The position numbers were made by a program, and so were the translations under genes. The notes beneath the pieces were generated by a model. That model worked only from the letters and a program-made list of their open reading frames with translations. It was not told the DNA's origin and made no database searches. Shown here in pieces: positions 39,369-48,677 of a stretch of DNA of 64,000 nucleotides. The stretch is from an uncultured Acidobacteriota bacterium (GTDB lineage: Bacteria > Acidobacteriota > Polarisedimenticolia > Polarisedimenticolales > DASRJG01). Positions within the stretch are counted from its first letter, which is position 1, and each line of letters begins with the position of its first letter. The stretch covers positions 16,056-80,055 of the forward strand of contig CAZYHZ010000009.1 in the NCBI GenBank assembly GCA_964647625.1, read 5' to 3'.

Positions 39369-39411
39369 GACCTGGCGGCTGGAGTCCGTTTCCGCTCCGA
39401 GTCCGCGTTAC

Positions 39412-39981
39412 TCAATCCGGAAAGCGTTCCGCGTCGAAAATCGATTCGACCGGGATGCTCCATCCCGGCAGCACGTCATCGCCTTCGAGCGTGTCGTCCG
39501 GGCCGAGGACCCGCGGCGCCAGGAGCGTCCGGTACGTCGTGACGCGCCGCCGCTCGGGATCGACGACCCACACGAGCCTGCACCCGGCCGCGAGGTAATC
39601 GGCGACCTTCGTGCGAATCTGATAAGGCCGGTTGGAAGGGGAAAAGATCTCGATCGCAAGATCCGGCGGCCCGTCGATGAAGCGACGGTAGTCGATGCCG
39701 GCGAGCCGCTCTCGCACGACGAACGAGATATCCGGCCCTCGAACCGTGTCCGGATCGCGCGCCAGGACGAAACCGGTCTCGCCGAATACTGCGCCGAGGC
39801 CACGAGGGACGACGAAGTCCTCGAGGAGTCGTTCCAGCTTCCTGCGGACCTGGTCGTGCCACGGAGAGGGAAGCGGCTCCGAGACGAGCCATCCTGCCTC
39901 CAGCTCGTGCCGCTTTTCGTCGTCGGGAAGCACCGCCAGCTCCAATGCGGTCAGCCGCCGACCCTGTTCGTGTCGTTCCAC
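39412..39981 (-). CDS. Uma2 family PD-(D/E)xK endonuclease
   Basis: RHELEAG, PDTVRGPDISF, PDLAIEIFSPS, YLAAG..LVWVVDP and LPGWS motifs; GTG start inferred. Confidence 0.88.
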   Translation of the reverse strand: MERHEQGRRLTALELAVLPDDEKRHELEAGWLVSEPLPSPWHDQVRRKLERLLEDFVVPRGLGAVFGETGFVLARDPDTVRGPDISFVVRERLAGIDYRRFIDGPPDLAIEIFSPSNRPYQIRTKVADYLAAGCRLVWVVDPERRRVTTYRTLLAPRVLGPDDTLEGDDVLPGWSIPVESIFDAERFPD

Positions 39982-40225
39982 GCACGTACGATACGGCGGC
40001 CCACTGGACGCGTCCAGCCGTCGCGACGGTTCCCCGTTGTCGCAATGCAACCCGCTACCGCACGAGCAACGGAACCGTCGATGGGGCCTGGGTCCTCTGA
40101 CATGCGAGGTTCGCCTCAGGCCACCGCGGTGACGGGGTGGTACAAAACGGAAGAGACCAAATCGATCAATGTTTGCGTGGGTCTCCGGAGCCGAAAGCCG
40201 TCCCAGATTTGCGGGGCCGAGGGCG

Positions 40226-40253
40226 GCGGGTTCGATTCCCGCCGCCTCCACCA
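40226..40253 (+). repeat. ssrA: tmRNA-like 3' fragment, att scar copy 1
   Basis: GCGGGTTCGATTCCCGCCGCCTCCACCA gives a T arm, an acceptor strand with U70, A73 and CCA; no matching 5' half upstream. Confidence 0.8.
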
Positions 40254-40486
40254 CACAACTCTTTCTCCTCGCGTCGCTTGCGGCGGGCACGCGTCCGCGT
40301 TGTGCTTCTATCGTGCTCCGCAGTCGGCGCCATGGTTCCCGGCTACCGCGGGAGGCGCGATACGCGCACGACTAATCCAACAAGGGTTCTCGGAAGCGCC
40401 AGGGATCCGAATTAGGGGTGCACAGAGCCCGGCTTGTTCCGATTGCACGCTCGGGCTGAGTAGTTGGAGTGCCGCATTTTCCAATT

Positions 40487-40975
40487 TCATGACGTGCGCT
40501 TCGGATTTGTCGGCAGATGTCTATTGAGAACCAACTTTCCGACAAACGTGATGCCATTCTGATCGAGCTGGAGACGTGCTTTCTCGGTATTGGCGAAATG
40601 GACCCTCCCGGATGCGACCCACAGCCATGCCGCGATGCTTCTGCCCGGTTTCAGATGTTTGCGCAAATGGATTAGGGCGGACCTTCGCTTCGCGATCACC
40701 GTAGAGATCTCATCCTTCTTTGCCGAATGCGGTTCGAGGCCGATCACGGAACGGCTCGGTCCGTGACCGAGCAGGTAGTCCCATCGGTTCTCGTCCGGAT
40801 GCGCCTCACGAAGCGAAGTGTCCAGATTGAGGCTGTCGGCGAAGTCGGATCGGACGCTCTCGTCGATTAGCGCTCGGTGACCGCCTTCCATGGCCATCAG
40901 CCCGTTCATAACGGCTCCGAATAGACCTGATCCATCCACGAGCGCGGAGCGAATTGGCGTGGCCCGGCGCGTCAT
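40487..40975 (-). CDS. Uncharacterised 162 aa protein coupled to the ATPase
   Basis: ATGA overlap with the ATPase stop. LD...RWDY..G...LEPH...K pattern suggests a nuclease-like fold (inference). Confidence 0.75.
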   Translation of the reverse strand: MTRRATPIRSALVDGSGLFGAVMNGLMAMEGGHRALIDESVRSDFADSLNLDTSLREAHPDENRWDYLLGHGPSRSVIGLEPHSAKKDEISTVIAKRRSALIHLRKHLKPGRSIAAWLWVASGRVHFANTEKARLQLDQNGITFVGKLVLNRHLPTNPKRTS

Positions 40976-42117
40976 TCGCCGTGCTCATTCACAGCCGCGC
41001 GAACCGCCTCCCCGAAGCGCGAACTGAAGCCTGTAAGGCCTCCCCAGGCCGCCTCGTTCTCGTCGTCCGATCCTGGGTCTAGGTTTGAGATGTTTTTCGA
41101 CCGAACTCTTCCGTCGCTGTCAAACTTGAGCAGGTGAACGCTGTAGCTCTTGTGAAGCGCGGCTTCGGCTACCTTTTTCATCGACTGTGTTTGTGTTACG
41201 TCGAATCCCTGACACACAAGTTGCCACCGCGCGTTATGTTCCTTGAGTCGTCGCAGCATCCAGATCGCCGTAAGCACATGTGCCGAGTGCGTAGAGAGGA
41301 CCACGCGATAACCGCGCCATAGCAGATCCAGCACGAGCAGGAGGAAAACAGTGAGCGCTTGTGGGTGCAGCCCCATTTCCGGCTCTTCGACGATCACCCA
41401 CTCGATCTCTGGCTGCTTGCGCTTCTTGGTTCTCGGTAGCAGGTGGTAAAGGCCGAGCAACAGGGGTGTAAACTCGCGCTGCCCAGTGGCCCAGGTCATG
41501 AACGGAAGTCCGGCTTTGTCGTGCGTCAGCTTGAGTCGTTTGGCATGTTGTGGATCCAGTTCGAGCGCAATCGATCCCCCATGGAAAACAGCCGAGTCGA
41601 TCAGCTTTCGGTACTCCTGCTTGAGGAGGCGAGGGACGGGGAAGAGCTGATCGCCCCCACGGGCACTGAAGCGGTCGAAGAGGTTTTGGCTGAAGATGCG
41701 AGCGACGACGGGCGTGTCCGACGTTAGTTTCTGAAACGGGGCCGCCCAGCCATCACTAATGAGCATCGAGCGGTGAGCCGGGATGAAGAAGGCTCGCTCC
41801 TTGCCGTTCCCGAGGCGGCTGATGCTCTTGGGTTCGATTTTCGCCCCATCAAGGAGGATCTCAGAGTCGCTTCGCCATGCAGTCCCCATGCCGACGCCGA
41901 AGATGAGGTCGATGAGGACTCCGGGTTCGGCGCGCTGGCCGGCTTCTCGTAGGGCCGAGACGATCTGTTTCCCGTCCATTGCGGTCTTCAGCCACTGAAG
42001 GGCGAGGCTCTTTCCGGTGCCTTGCGCACCCACAATGACAGTCAGGTCTCCGAACTCGAGCTCGGCATCCCCGATCTGCCCGAAGTTGCGAATCGAGAGC
42101 TTCGTGTTCCTCGTCAT
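40972..42117 (-). CDS. ABC-type ATPase (AAA_15/AAA_21-like)
   Basis: IRNFGQI, Walker A GAQGTGKS, IPAHR, signature-like ATGQ, Walker B VIVEEPEMGLHP and H-loop STHS. Confidence 0.9.
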   Translation of the reverse strand: MTRNTKLSIRNFGQIGDAELEFGDLTVIVGAQGTGKSLALQWLKTAMDGKQIVSALREAGQRAEPGVLIDLIFGVGMGTAWRSDSEILLDGAKIEPKSISRLGNGKERAFFIPAHRSMLISDGWAAPFQKLTSDTPVVARIFSQNLFDRFSARGGDQLFPVPRLLKQEYRKLIDSAVFHGGSIALELDPQHAKRLKLTHDKAGLPFMTWATGQREFTPLLLGLYHLLPRTKKRKQPEIEWVIVEEPEMGLHPQALTVFLLLVLDLLWRGYRVVLSTHSAHVLTAIWMLRRLKEHNARWQLVCQGFDVTQTQSMKKVAEAALHKSYSVHLLKFDSDGRVRSKNISNLDPGSDDENEAAWGGLTGFSSRFGEAVRAAVNEHGE

Positions 42118-42540
42118 ACCGCACCTCCACGGATCACATCGAGGTGGTTTCGCAAGAGCGCTTGGATTGGTCTTGTGCCGTCTCAGCCGTGCCCCACGGG
42201 CCGATCCGGTGAGCTTCCGAATTGCGAAGTATACCCCCCAATGTCCATTGGGCGAGAACACACTCCTGGCGCAAGTGAGCCAAGACAATACCTGACACCG
42301 CCGACGGCCGGAACGAGGAAGTCGATGCCGCGAATTGATGGAGTGAAGGATCCTTGGGGTGCGTCCCCGAGTCTTTGTCGAGCGTGGCTCGTGACACCCG
42401 CGTGGTCATCGTGACATTCCGCGTCGCGTGGCGAGCGCGGATCCGCGCCTCCCGCACAGCAACGGTAGGCTTGGATATGTAAAATGAGCGAATGGGATCT
42501 GGTTTCGCCGATCTCGCGCCGCCGCTCCGGTTCGCAGCCA

Positions 42541-45500
42541 ATGAGGGCTACTGAGATTTCTGCGGCCGCGCCCAAATTCCCCGACGCTTCGCACGCGCTG
42601 CATGGGTTTCGCTACCAGCTGCTGCAAACGCTCGGCGCGTGGCTGAACCTGCGGCCGAACGAGGAGCTTTGGATCGAAGTGTCCGAGGATTACGCGGTTT
42701 GCTCAGCGCACCAGTACAACGCTGTGCAGGTCAAGGGCTCACGCGCCGCGTCGGGGCCAACGCCGTACAGCTTGCAATCGAGTGATGTGCGTGCTGCGCT
42801 GCGCCGTTTCTGGACGCGGGCGGAATCTTCATCGCGAGAGCGCCTTACGTTTCTGGCCAATGGCGGCGTGGCGGTCGAACGGGACCATCCTTTTCCTAGG
42901 GGCGGCGGTGGGCTCGACTACTGGACGGCTGCGGCGCGCGGCGCGGACACCGCGCCGTTGCGCGCGGCGTTGTTGGCGTTGTTCGATGGCGAACCTCTCG
43001 GCGTCTGGCTCGCGCAGCAGCCGAGCGATGACGAATTGCGCGCACGGCTCCTGAGGCGCGTGACCTGGGCGCTTTGCGCTGCGAGCACCGACGATCTTTC
43101 CGCGCAGCTGCTCGACCAGATCGGCGCCGTCTACATCGAGCGCGGTTTGCCGGTGACGGCGGCGTCGGCCGGTTGGCATGCGCTGTGTGACCAGGTCTTT
43201 GAGGTGGCATGTCGGTCTGATCCCGCGACGCGACGCTTGACCTCGGTGGATTTGCACCGCGCAATCGAAGACACCCTCGCCGCGCTCAACATCGCAAAGA
43301 GGATGGGCGCTGCCGCGGGTGATGCCGCGGCCTATGTCCAGAGCGTCCTTGTGGGCGAACTCGCCGAAGTGCTGCCCGCGACAACCGCGCGCGCCCAGAC
43401 GATCGCCGCCATCCAATCAACCGTTGGCGCTGAACCGTTAGTGTGGCTGCATGGCGGCCACGGCGTCGGAAAGTCAACGTTGGCGCACCTTCTGGCACGA
43501 CGCTACGGCGGTCGCTGGTTGACCTTGGATCTGCGGCTTGCTCAGGCCGATCGCGGCGGCGCGCTTGCCGCCTGGCGCGAGCTGATGCGCGCCATCACTT
43601 CCAAGGGAATGCCGGACGGTATCGTGCTCGATGATTTCGCCGCCGCCGCCGTTGTTGCGTTGGGCGGCCGTCTGGCCGCACTGACTCAACAAATGGCGAG
43701 CAGGGGCGGGCGCGTAGTCGTCACGTCTCCACAACCGGCTTCACCAGCGCGGTTGGCGGCGCTTGGCGCGACACCGAACGCAAACGTTTCAGCGCCGTAC
43801 TTCACCGACACCGACATCCAAGATCTGATCAGTCGTACACCGTCACCGGAGTCCGCGCAAATCGAGGCCTGGCGCTTGTTCATCCGCATGGCCACGGGCG
43901 GCGGTCACCCGCTGCTGGTGGCGACGAAGGTCGCCAGCCTGCGCGCTCGCGGTTGGCCCGCGAGCGGACTGGCCGAAGACATCGGCAAGACCAGTGAGGC
44001 CATCCAGATCACGCGTGACGAAGCGCGTCGGGCGCTGCTCCGCGAACTCGCCGCGCTCGACCAAGCGCTCTCGCTCGATGTTGGTGCCCTCCTCCGCCGC
44101 ATCGGCGTGGTGTTCGATCGCGTCGATACGGGCCTTGTATCGGTTCTCGCAAAACTGCCGCCTGCCATAGCCAGGGCGTCGGACGCGCTTGCCGTGCTGC
44201 GCGGCAGTTGGCTCGAAGCGTTGCCCGACGGCGACTTGCGCCTGTCGCCCGTCATCTCCGACATCAGTACCGACGTGGCGGCGGAAGATATCCAACGCTG
44301 GTGCCGCGCCGCCGCGGAATACTGGTTGCGTAAGCGGGTGCTCAACGAACGAACCCTGCCGCTCTGTTTCTGGAACGCCTTTATCGGTCATCACGACTGG
44401 GTGCTGATGAAGCTGTGCGAGACGCTGCAGAGCCTCGATCACGAGATCCTGCGTGGAGCGGTCGCTCTTCTTTCGCCGATGACCGCGTTGCGGACAGACG
44501 TGTCGCTCTACGAGCACAACCCCATTGTCGGCGTCAATTTGCGACTGCTCCAGTTCCAGGTGGCGGCAGCGGTCGAATCCGACGGCTCGGGCGCCGACAT
44601 CGCCAAGCGTCTGCTGGTGGAGCTGAGTCAGATCGAAGATCGCGACGTTTACGCGCTGATGACGGCCGTTTCCGCTTCCAAGGTGCTGATGACGCAGACC
44701 GTCCACCTCGCGCCAGAGGACATTGTCGAATGTGCGTTGCGGCTACGCCAGGTCACGCCGCGCGTACAGGAATTGGGCGGCCCAACGCTGAAGCTCCCCC
44801 ACTGTGACATCGCGCGACAGTTCGGGGAAGACGTGGACCCTTCGGACTTTCTATTCGCCAGTTCCCTCTCCAAAAGTCAGGATTCGGCGGGCTTCCTGCG
44901 TACGATTGAAGCGCTCGACGCGATCGGGGCGGATGAGCGTCGCCGTTTCCTCGCCGCCTCCGGCGCGATCTTTGATGGGCTCTCGCTTTTCGTGAACTCC
45001 GGATGGTCCTGTGACCAGCTCGAGGATCGCGAGATGGTGGCCGCGCTCCGATGTTATGAGTGCGCTGCCACGATCGCGGAGCGGTGGGAAGTGGTGGACC
45101 TGAATGTCGAACTGGCGGTAGCACAATCCGTGATCCTGGACGAAGCTCTCAAAGACATGGATCGCGCGCTCGCTATCGTGGAAGCCGCCGTCGCTCGTTT
45201 TGGCCCGCTGCCCGCCCTGGTCAGGCAGAAGGCGAAGGTCCTCGGCCACAACGACCGCGACGCGGAGGCCGCCGATTTGATGATGAGCATCGAGGACACG
45301 GTCGGCGGCAACTCCAAGCTCGAACGCGGTCTTTCATTGCGCGATGGTGGCACGTCGGCCGCGCGGAGCGGGCGCTTTGACATCGCGGCGCGCCTGTTCG
45401 CCAAGGCCATTCAAGCCATCGACGAAAGTGGTGGACACGCGGCGCTCGCTGCGGGCTTGCGCGTCGATCTTGCGATGGCACTCTGGGATTCAAAAGATCG

Positions 45501-46593
45501 CGCAGCGGCGCTGCTCAGACTCGCCGACGCCCTCGATATTGTCGGCACGCTTGATGCTTCCGCATCCCGTCAACACGAGCGCGCGCACCAGTTCGCGCGC
45601 GCTGCGTGCGGACTGTTCTTGAGTGACGTGGGTTCTTTTCCGCTCAACTCCCGGCCAAACATCGCCTATGGCGGCGCCTCGGTTCTGTCGCTCTCGCGTG
45701 AGGAACTCGTCAACGTTGAACTGAAGCCGCTCGCGGACAATTGGCGCATCCTGGCGCTGGTCGAAGCCGAGTGCGATCTCGATGTCGGCATCGATGCGCG
45801 TTCGCGCGCCGCGCAGACAGGGCCGGCGCTTGCGTCCATCGAATCGATGATCGCGTTCGCGCGATACGGCGGCGGACTTATGAGCGATGACCTGGAGGCC
45901 GCGCTTGGCCTGGGCATTCCAGCGACGTCGGCTGCGCGAATGCGCCGCTTGGCTATCGACAAAAACGATGAGCCTGTCCGCGTCGACTTCGACAACGTGA
46001 CGGCGACGCCGCTGGCCGACTTACTCGCCGATCCGGTGTGGCGCGACGCAGTGATGCGGCTTCCGGTTGACATTCTTGTCGCCCGTCGCTTGCAGGGGAA
46101 ATGGTCGCCGGATCTGCCCGATCGCTTGCGCGCGGCCTGCGGAAAAGTGTTCGGCAATGAAGCGGGGATGGACGCCGTGCTAAAGGCGGCCACGGGGCGC
46201 TATGCCATCGGACCAACCGAGCCCCTCAATCATTCGATAGCGGCGGCCGCCTCGCGCACCGACGAGGAACTCGCGATCGATCCATCGATCCGATTCAACC
46301 GCGACATGCTGTTCGTGGGCCATTTGTCTCAAAGCATAGCGCGGCATGCGCTTGAAACGCTGATCGTGCCGGTGCTGCAGCGCGGATGGGCGGACGTGCT
46401 CGCCAACCAACGGTTCCGCTTGCGCGCGCCGACGCGTTGCTGTCCCGTCATCGAAGACGCTATTGCTGCCGTGCCGAAACATGGGCTGCCGGCTGCGGCG
46501 CGGCTGGTTCTAGCGGCGGCAACGGCGGTTGGAGAAAGCCTGCCCGAGAGTTGGGAAACAATGCTCGTTGCCCTCGCGCGGGGATCAATCTGA
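42541..46593 (+). CDS. Cap4-like nuclease / STAND NTPase / helical-repeat protein (Avs-like)
   Basis: GFRYQ..E..EDY..QVK, then GGHGVGKST, IVLDD, VVVTS and GGHPLLV, then a long Ala/Leu-rich helical C-terminus. Start may be 42484. Confidence 0.8.
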   Translation: MRATEISAAAPKFPDASHALHGFRYQLLQTLGAWLNLRPNEELWIEVSEDYAVCSAHQYNAVQVKGSRAASGPTPYSLQSSDVRAALRRFWTRAESSSRERLTFLANGGVAVERDHPFPRGGGGLDYWTAAARGADTAPLRAALLALFDGEPLGVWLAQQPSDDELRARLLRRVTWALCAASTDDLSAQLLDQIGAVYIERGLPVTAASAGWHALCDQVFEVACRSDPATRRLTSVDLHRAIEDTLAALNIAKRMGAAAGDAAAYVQSVLVGELAEVLPATTARAQTIAAIQSTVGAEPLVWLHGGHGVGKSTLAHLLARRYGGRWLTLDLRLAQADRGGALAAWRELMRAITSKGMPDGIVLDDFAAAAVVALGGRLAALTQQMASRGGRVVVTSPQPASPARLAALGATPNANVSAPYFTDTDIQDLISRTPSPESAQIEAWRLFIRMATGGGHPLLVATKVASLRARGWPASGLAEDIGKTSEAIQITRDEARRALLRELAALDQALSLDVGALLRRIGVVFDRVDTGLVSVLAKLPPAIARASDALAVLRGSWLEALPDGDLRLSPVISDISTDVAAEDIQRWCRAAAEYWLRKRVLNERTLPLCFWNAFIGHHDWVLMKLCETLQSLDHEILRGAVALLSPMTALRTDVSLYEHNPIVGVNLRLLQFQVAAAVESDGSGADIAKRLLVELSQIEDRDVYALMTAVSASKVLMTQTVHLAPEDIVECALRLRQVTPRVQELGGPTLKLPHCDIARQFGEDVDPSDFLFASSLSKSQDSAGFLRTIEALDAIGADERRRFLAASGAIFDGLSLFVNSGWSCDQLEDREMVAALRCYECAATIAERWEVVDLNVELAVAQSVILDEALKDMDRALAIVEAAVARFGPLPALVRQKAKVLGHNDRDAEAADLMMSIEDTVGGNSKLERGLSLRDGGTSAARSGRFDIAARLFAKAIQAIDESGGHAALAAGLRVDLAMALWDSKDRAAALLRLADALDIVGTLDASASRQHERAHQFARAACGLFLSDVGSFPLNSRPNIAYGGASVLSLSREELVNVELKPLADNWRILALVEAECDLDVGIDARSRAAQTGPALASIESMIAFARYGGGLMSDDLEAALGLGIPATSAARMRRLAIDKNDEPVRVDFDNVTATPLADLLADPVWRDAVMRLPVDILVARRLQGKWSPDLPDRLRAACGKVFGNEAGMDAVLKAATGRYAIGPTEPLNHSIAAAASRTDEELAIDPSIRFNRDMLFVGHLSQSIARHALETLIVPVLQRGWADVLANQRFRLRAPTRCCPVIEDAIAAVPKHGLPAAARLVLAAATAVGESLPESWETMLVALARGSI

Positions 46594-46806
46594 AGTTGCC
46601 GTGCGGCACGATTGAAACGAGCGAATCATCGTCACGATCGCACGCTGGGTGGGTTCCGGTCGGCTCAGCCGCACCTCGGAATCACGTGCGCCGTCGGGAT
46701 ACACGAGCCTCAGGGAGCGAGGCCTGATGGGAAGGTTGCCGCCATGGAACGCCATGGCGAGCACGCGCTAATATGCTCGGCTCTCGCCCGGCAAGGAGCC
46801 GGTCAT

Positions 46807-48117
46807 ATGGCAGATTGCTTCGCGTTTCTCGACACGAACACTCTTCTCCACTACCGTCGATTCTCGGAAGTCGACTGGCCTTCCGAGCTCTCCAGCCCGA
46901 CGGTTACCATCATCATCTTGCCCACCGTCATTGACGAGCTCGACGCGCTCAAATCGGAGCACCAGCTTAAGCACATCCGCACGCGTGCGAAGAGCCTATG
47001 TCAGCATGTCTTGGAACTGACCGTTGACGGAGACCCGGTGGCGCTCAAGTCGAATGTGCGCCTGCAACTGACACCTGATTCGGCCTCCCCGACAAACCAA
47101 GAAGTCGAATCAGGTGGTGATGACCGCATTCTGTCGGACGTCCAGGAGCACGCCCGCGCGCATCCGGGCGCTCGGCACGTCCTCGTCACTGCCGACACAG
47201 GGCTCACTCTACGAGCCCGACGACGCGCCCTGGAGGTCGTTTCACTTCGCGATGCCCTTCTTCTTCCGGACGAGAGGGACCTACTCGAACGACAAGTACA
47301 AACTCTTCGCGCGCAGCTCGCTGACCTCGAAAATAATCTCCCGAACCTCCATCTGGTCGTCGGGAACAACTCGGACCGGTTCAATTGTGAATTGGACCCC
47401 GACCTCGAACCTACGGCCGGTCTCATCGCGCAGCGAATGGCTGAAGTGCGGGCGAAGTACCCCAAGCTTAAGTCGAGCACCGAATTCGATGGGATAGCGC
47501 TCGACTCGCCGTTCGCCAAGGCGATTGCTGCATTGCAGGCGAATCCATTACACACCGTGCTACCGAAGGACGTCGATCAGTACAACACCGGTTTGGACTC
47601 GTTTTACGTCGATTACGAACGATACTTGCCTGCTCTAATCGAACATGAAAACAATGTGCGCCGGACGGCGCGATTGGAATTAACGCTGCGCAACGACGGC
47701 GGGGCTCCGGCCGAAGACGTCGACATCATGCTGCACCTCCCTGATGGTTTCGAGGTCTTCGATGCCGAGGAGCGGCCCGAGCCACCCCCGGCTCCGAAGC
47801 CGCCGATTCGCCCGAACTCCTTGGCCGAACGCTTCGGTGCTGCGGGGGGGATAGGACTTCGTATCCCTTCGCTAACACACCTAGGTCCACCCCCAAACGT
47901 ATCCGTTCCCACAATCAAGAAGACCAACAGTTACCGAGTTGATTTTCACGTTCGGAACCTCAAGCACGGATTCGCCGTTGCTCTCCGGCCACTCTTCTTG
48001 GCGTTCCCAACAGGCGGCGTCCGCTCGTTCGCGTTCGAATACGCGCTCGCACCTTCCAATCATCCGAAGCCGGCCTGCGGAAAGATCCACGCGCACTGTC
48101 GCCAGCGTTCAACTTAA
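46807..48117 (+). CDS. PIN-domain protein with coiled coil and unknown C-terminal domain
   Basis: FLDTN, VIDELD.LK, DDRIL and LVTAD.GL motifs. Confidence 0.8.
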   Translation: MADCFAFLDTNTLLHYRRFSEVDWPSELSSPTVTIIILPTVIDELDALKSEHQLKHIRTRAKSLCQHVLELTVDGDPVALKSNVRLQLTPDSASPTNQEVESGGDDRILSDVQEHARAHPGARHVLVTADTGLTLRARRRALEVVSLRDALLLPDERDLLERQVQTLRAQLADLENNLPNLHLVVGNNSDRFNCELDPDLEPTAGLIAQRMAEVRAKYPKLKSSTEFDGIALDSPFAKAIAALQANPLHTVLPKDVDQYNTGLDSFYVDYERYLPALIEHENNVRRTARLELTLRNDGGAPAEDVDIMLHLPDGFEVFDAEERPEPPPAPKPPIRPNSLAERFGAAGGIGLRIPSLTHLGPPPNVSVPTIKKTNSYRVDFHVRNLKHGFAVALRPLFLAFPTGGVRSFAFEYALAPSNHPKPACGKIHAHCRQRST

Positions 48118-48240
48118 AGAGTTTCCTCCTCCAGGGTCTTCTGGAACGCTCGTGCGACAGCGAGGATGGCTTTCCTCGCTGCCTCCGGTAGCTCCGGCCA
48201 GACTCCCACGAGTAGTTCCAACGCCTGACTGTTGCCGACC
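48114..48240 (-). other. Short ORF remnant (LVGVWPELPEAARKAIL) next to the att scar
   Basis: Translated in the ORF track. Resembles short helical peptides recalled from att-adjacent DNA; no clear start. Confidence 0.3.
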
Positions 48241-48432
48241 GTGGGTTCCCGCCGTTGTGCTCCTGCTATGCTCCCGCAGCGTCCGGCCCTGGCCCTGAAG
48301 TGTCCGCGCTCCGTCCGACTCTTGCATACCGGGCGAACCGCAACTCCTTCCGCCTGGCCAACTTCTGACCCGTACCGACCGACTTTCGACCCAACCTGTC
48401 CGGCTTTGGCCAACCCTGAATCGAGTGCTGGT

Positions 48433-48460
48433 GCGGGTTCGATTCCCGCCGCCTCCACCA
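48433..48460 (+). repeat. ssrA: tmRNA-like 3' fragment, att scar copy 2
   Basis: Identical to 40226-40253. Confidence 0.8.
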
Positions 48461-48677
48461 CAACAGCTTCGCATCCACCACTTTCGAGAAACGTACTCCC
48501 GGCGGCCCGGCGGCAGCCCACTTTCAACGTCGTTACCGATTACGACCGATACCGGCCATTCTCGGAGATTTCTTGGCGGGGAAATCGGGCGATCCAATTT
48601 CGAAGCGTTGACAGGCCTTGCTCCTGACGGTACACAGCCACCCGCACTTCGGGACCGAACAGGAGCGGGGCAAACGA

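Larger units (their letters stand above)
40254..48432. mobile_element. Defence-like genomic island between att scars, with no integrase
   Basis: Bounded by identical 28 nt direct repeats; more A/T-rich than the flanks; carries ATPase, nuclease and PIN genes. Confidence 0.7.

Noticed and set aside
39412-39981. Uma2 nuclease as a novel system
   Set aside because: Very common, often multicopy family; only noted as island-edge cargo.
39880-40253. Intact tmRNA or tRNA-Ala gene ending at 40253
   Set aside because: No complementary GG(A/G)GGCG 5' strand, D-loop or anticodon arm at a suitable distance; the same holds for the copies at 48460 and 51802.
46612-46806. N-terminal extension of the PIN protein
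   Set aside because: Low-complexity translation; the PIN motif begins right after ATG 46807.
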